Notes under the pieces: generated by a model
What the model was told of the DNA's origin: nothing
What the model saw: only the letters and a program-made list of their open reading frames with translations
Databases searched by the model: none
Source: Methanobacteriota archaeon
GTDB taxonomy: Archaea; Thermoplasmatota; Thermoplasmata; SG8-5; DAIRED01
Assembly (NCBI GenBank): GCA_043799545.1
Contig: JAZDNO010000010.1
Coordinates: forward strand, 1-36,281
Direction of reading: 5' to 3'
DNA length: 36,281 nt
Shown: positions 33,891-36,281 of the stretch, one piece after another
Numbering within the stretch: the first letter of the stretch is position 1
Layout: each line of letters starts with the position of its first letter
Translations under genes and position numbers: made by a program

Positions 33891-34464
33891 GCGCACCGAC
33901 CTTCTCAGTCATGGCTACCAGTGCGTTGGTAGATTTTTGTAGCTCTGTGGTCAGGTCATTCATCTTTTTACTAATCTCGCCATACTTGTTATCGAGAGTA
34001 TCGAAGCGCGTGTTCACATCCGTGTGCATCGAGGATATCGCGCCTTCTACTTTGTTGAACCCGCTTTTCATCTCGTTTTTCAAATCCGAAAAACCGCTTT
34101 TCATCTCGCCTTTCAGTTCATCTCTTGTCGCGTCCAGATAGAGAATAGATACATCGAGCCTTTCGCCCAGTTCCTCGGTCGAATCTCCTCTTTTGATGTC
34201 AAAATACTGGAACTCACCAGTTGGTTTCGCTGTTTCAACAGTTTTAATATCGTGCACATCGATGAACTTGAACTTTACCTTGATCGCCTGCTTGAACTCC
34301 TCGGTTGTTGCTTCCTCGCCCTCGCACACAATCTTTACCGAGCCATCTCTCATGTTCTCGACATAACCCACTACGCCAAGCTTCCTGGCGGCCTTCAGCA
34401 CGAAGTCCCTGTAACCTACTTTCTGGACCTCGCCCATTGCCTGAAGCACCACGCGCTTTTTCAC
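33865..34464 (-). CDS. acyP: Acylphosphatase with C-terminal coiled-coil extension
   Basis: GEVQKVGYR and GYVENMRDGSV (catalytic Arg and Asn present). ~100-aa helical tail with EMKSGF duplicated; sampled line ~42% GC; TTTATATAT box upstream. Confidence 0.85.
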   Translation of the reverse strand: MKKRVVLQAMGEVQKVGYRDFVLKAARKLGVVGYVENMRDGSVKIVCEGEEATTEEFKQAIKVKFKFIDVHDIKTVETAKPTGEFQYFDIKRGDSTEELGERLDVSILYLDATRDELKGEMKSGFSDLKNEMKSGFNKVEGAISSMHTDVNTRFDTLDNKYGEISKKMNDLTTELQKSTNALVAMTEKVGALIDKKLSE

Positions 34465-34591
34465 TGTTGCACCGTGTACCTCATTCCCCTACGGATATAT
34501 AAACGTGCCGAAATCAACTTTGCCCTCGACCAGTACCCCGGAAATCACGCCGACATCGCGGTTATCCCGCTCGCTAGGCTGCCGAAGGATG

Positions 34592-36280
34592 TCAGGGAGA
34601 GGGGGCACTGGAGGAGTGGTTAATGGCGTGAGGGAGGCCGCCCCAGACCTCGCGCGAGGTGGTCGCGTACGCCTGGATTGGCGCGGTCCAGTAGTTCGCT
34701 ATCGCGCTCGCGGTGAATGCGAAGTCGTACCACGTCAGCAGGTACGCGCCCGTCTCGTAGTTCGTCGTCTCGTTGACCCATATCGTAAGCGTGCCGTCGG
34801 ATATCGTGATGTTGTATCCCTCGGGCGTCGAGCCTATGTTCGTCTTGGATATCTTCCCGGTCGATGCGGGGTACTTGTAGTAACCTGCATGGGTGTAGTT
34901 GTTCAGCGCGAACGTCCAGTCCGCCCAATTAGCGTCCACCTGCACCCAGGACGTATTAAATTCATCAACAGTTTTTGCGCCCGTCCTGTAAACGACCATC
35001 GGCTCCGCGCCATCCTCTATCATGTCCTTGTCGGTGTCTGGATCCTTCGGGTCCGTGCCCATAGCGATTTCCGTGCCGTCGAGGAGCGTGTCGTTGTCGT
35101 AATCGTCCCATGTCCAGTTGGTAAGATAAACGTACATCTCCTCGTAGTTCGTCAGCCCGTCGTTGTCGTAATCTCCGGCGCCCGCTATCGGGTCCAGCGG
35201 GTCCGCGCCAGCGTTCGCGAGCGCGAAGTCGTACTCGACCTTGTCCGGTATCCCGTCTATGTCCGAGTCCGGCAGGCCGGCGTTGAATATCACGATGGGA
35301 TTCCCGCCGTTGTGGGCTGCGGAATAGTTGAAGTTGTACCAGTACTCGACGAGATTCTGAAGACCGTCCTTGTCCGAATCCTGGCCCCGGTCATCGACCG
35401 TCGGGTCCATGCCCCAGTCCAGCTCCGTCTTGTCGTGCACGGTATCGCCGTCGGTGTCGTTCCTGTCCGGGCGGGTCTTGAGAGCGCCCCTGTCAGCCCA
35501 CGCGCCCCAGCTTCCGCCAGGTTGCGCGGTCGCACTTATGCGCACGTCCCCGGTCTCGCCGTCCAGCAGGATGTTCTTGTCCGCGCCGGAAATGTAATAC
35601 AAGCCGACCTCGATGTAATCCGGAATCCCGTCGGCGTCCTTGTCGCCTACGGCGCCGGTCGGGTCGGTCGCATACTGCGCCTCTCCGACGTACCGCTTGC
35701 CGTTGAATGTTAGTGTCGGCCCGTCCAGCAATCCGTCGTCGTCCGTATCCGCGACCTTCGGCTCCGTCGTCGTCTTGTCGTCCGCGTCCGGTAAGAACGC
35801 GCTCCCAGTGTACCAGACCGTGTACCCGTGGTAGGTCGCCTCGCCCATCTTCACCTTCGCGCCGGTGAGTCCGACCTCCTGCCCGTCCGTCAAGCCGTCG
35901 TTGTCGAAGTCCGCATCGTTCGCCAGCGTCCCGAACGCCATCTCCCCGGTGTAGTTCCCCACGCTGGGGCCGTCCCACAAACCGTCGTCGTCCGTGTCTG
36001 CGTCCCTGGCGTCCGTGCCCGCTGCCAATTCCGCTCCGTCTTTCAATCCGTCGCCGTCGCTGTCTGGATTGCTCGGGTCCGTCTCTGGCTTGCCGCCGAC
36101 CGCCCCGTCGTGGTTCGGGTCTTCCGCGCCGTCGCTCAACCCGTCCCCGTCGCTGTCCGTCACGGTCGGGTTGGTCGTCTTGCTAGGGTCCGCGTCGGGA
36201 ACGAATTTCGAGGAATCCGTACCGTAGACGTACATATTCACGTCCGAGTTCCAGTATCCCGATTGAACGTCCGCGCTCGT
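34592..36280 (-). CDS. Partial (5' end outside window) secreted/surface protein with thrombospondin type-3-like DxDxDG calcium-binding repeats
   Basis: Many DSDGDGLSDG / DTDDDGL / DYDNDGL motifs and repeated F.PDAD..TT.P. The frame stays open to the window edge. Confidence 0.82.
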   Translation of the reverse strand, partial: TSADVQSGYWNSDVNMYVYGTDSSKFVPDADPSKTTNPTVTDSDGDGLSDGAEDPNHDGAVGGKPETDPSNPDSDGDGLKDGAELAAGTDARDADTDDDGLWDGPSVGNYTGEMAFGTLANDADFDNDGLTDGQEVGLTGAKVKMGEATYHGYTVWYTGSAFLPDADDKTTTEPKVADTDDDGLLDGPTLTFNGKRYVGEAQYATDPTGAVGDKDADGIPDYIEVGLYYISGADKNILLDGETGDVRISATAQPGGSWGAWADRGALKTRPDRNDTDGDTVHDKTELDWGMDPTVDDRGQDSDKDGLQNLVEYWYNFNYSAAHNGGNPIVIFNAGLPDSDIDGIPDKVEYDFALANAGADPLDPIAGAGDYDNDGLTNYEEMYVYLTNWTWDDYDNDTLLDGTEIAMGTDPKDPDTDKDMIEDGAEPMVVYRTGAKTVDEFNTSWVQVDANWADWTFALNNYTHAGYYKYPASTGKISKTNIGSTPEGYNITISDGTLTIWVNETTNYETGAYLLTWYDFAFTASAIANYWTAPIQAYATTSREVWGGLPHAINHSSSAPSP

Positions 36281-36281
36281 T

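Noticed and set aside
34505-34623. Possible gene remnant or frameshifted extension after the DxDxDG protein stop
   Set aside because: Alternative frames add only short peptides with no recognisable motif or anchor.

Overview
Archaeal chromosomal window, most probably from a high-GC Thermoplasmatota (Thermoplasmata/Methanomassiliicoccales-related) genome. The taxonomic call is inferred from split GMP synthase A/B, archaeal GlmU, RPA1/RPA2-type genes, Sec61beta, a stand-alone Lrp domain, a PEF-CTERM signal and TATA-box promoters with short or absent leaders. Housekeeping genes: glmS-glmU, alaX, thiC, PUA protein, rpa pair, purE-guaAB/guaAA, secG. Unusual elements: (1) a complete bacterial-type PNPase (pnp) behind a highly structured ~155-nt leader; (2) an operon joining a GltD/DsrL-like flavoprotein fused to ferredoxin, MvhD-like and degenerate CCG domains with a fused proline/sarcosine-dehydrogenase-type complex; (3) a second copy of the alaX 3' end in which all 13 aligned codons differ; (4) a chimeric surface protein with a TNG-repeat N-terminus, a low-GC 7-repeat propeller cassette and PEF-CTERM, followed by a His/SHOCT-like repeat protein and a PrsW/zinc-ribbon cluster; (5) a 55-aa CxCxxC ORF missed by the ORF track; (6) an acylphosphatase cassette between a truncated oxidoreductase gene and a surface-protein gene that may also be cut short. 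Two apparent single-base frameshifts fall at GGGG runs and may be sequencing errors. I saw no tRNA, rRNA, CRISPR array, transposase or integrase. All family calls come from recognising motifs by eye; no database searches were run, and GC values are rough hand counts of sampled 60-nt lines.
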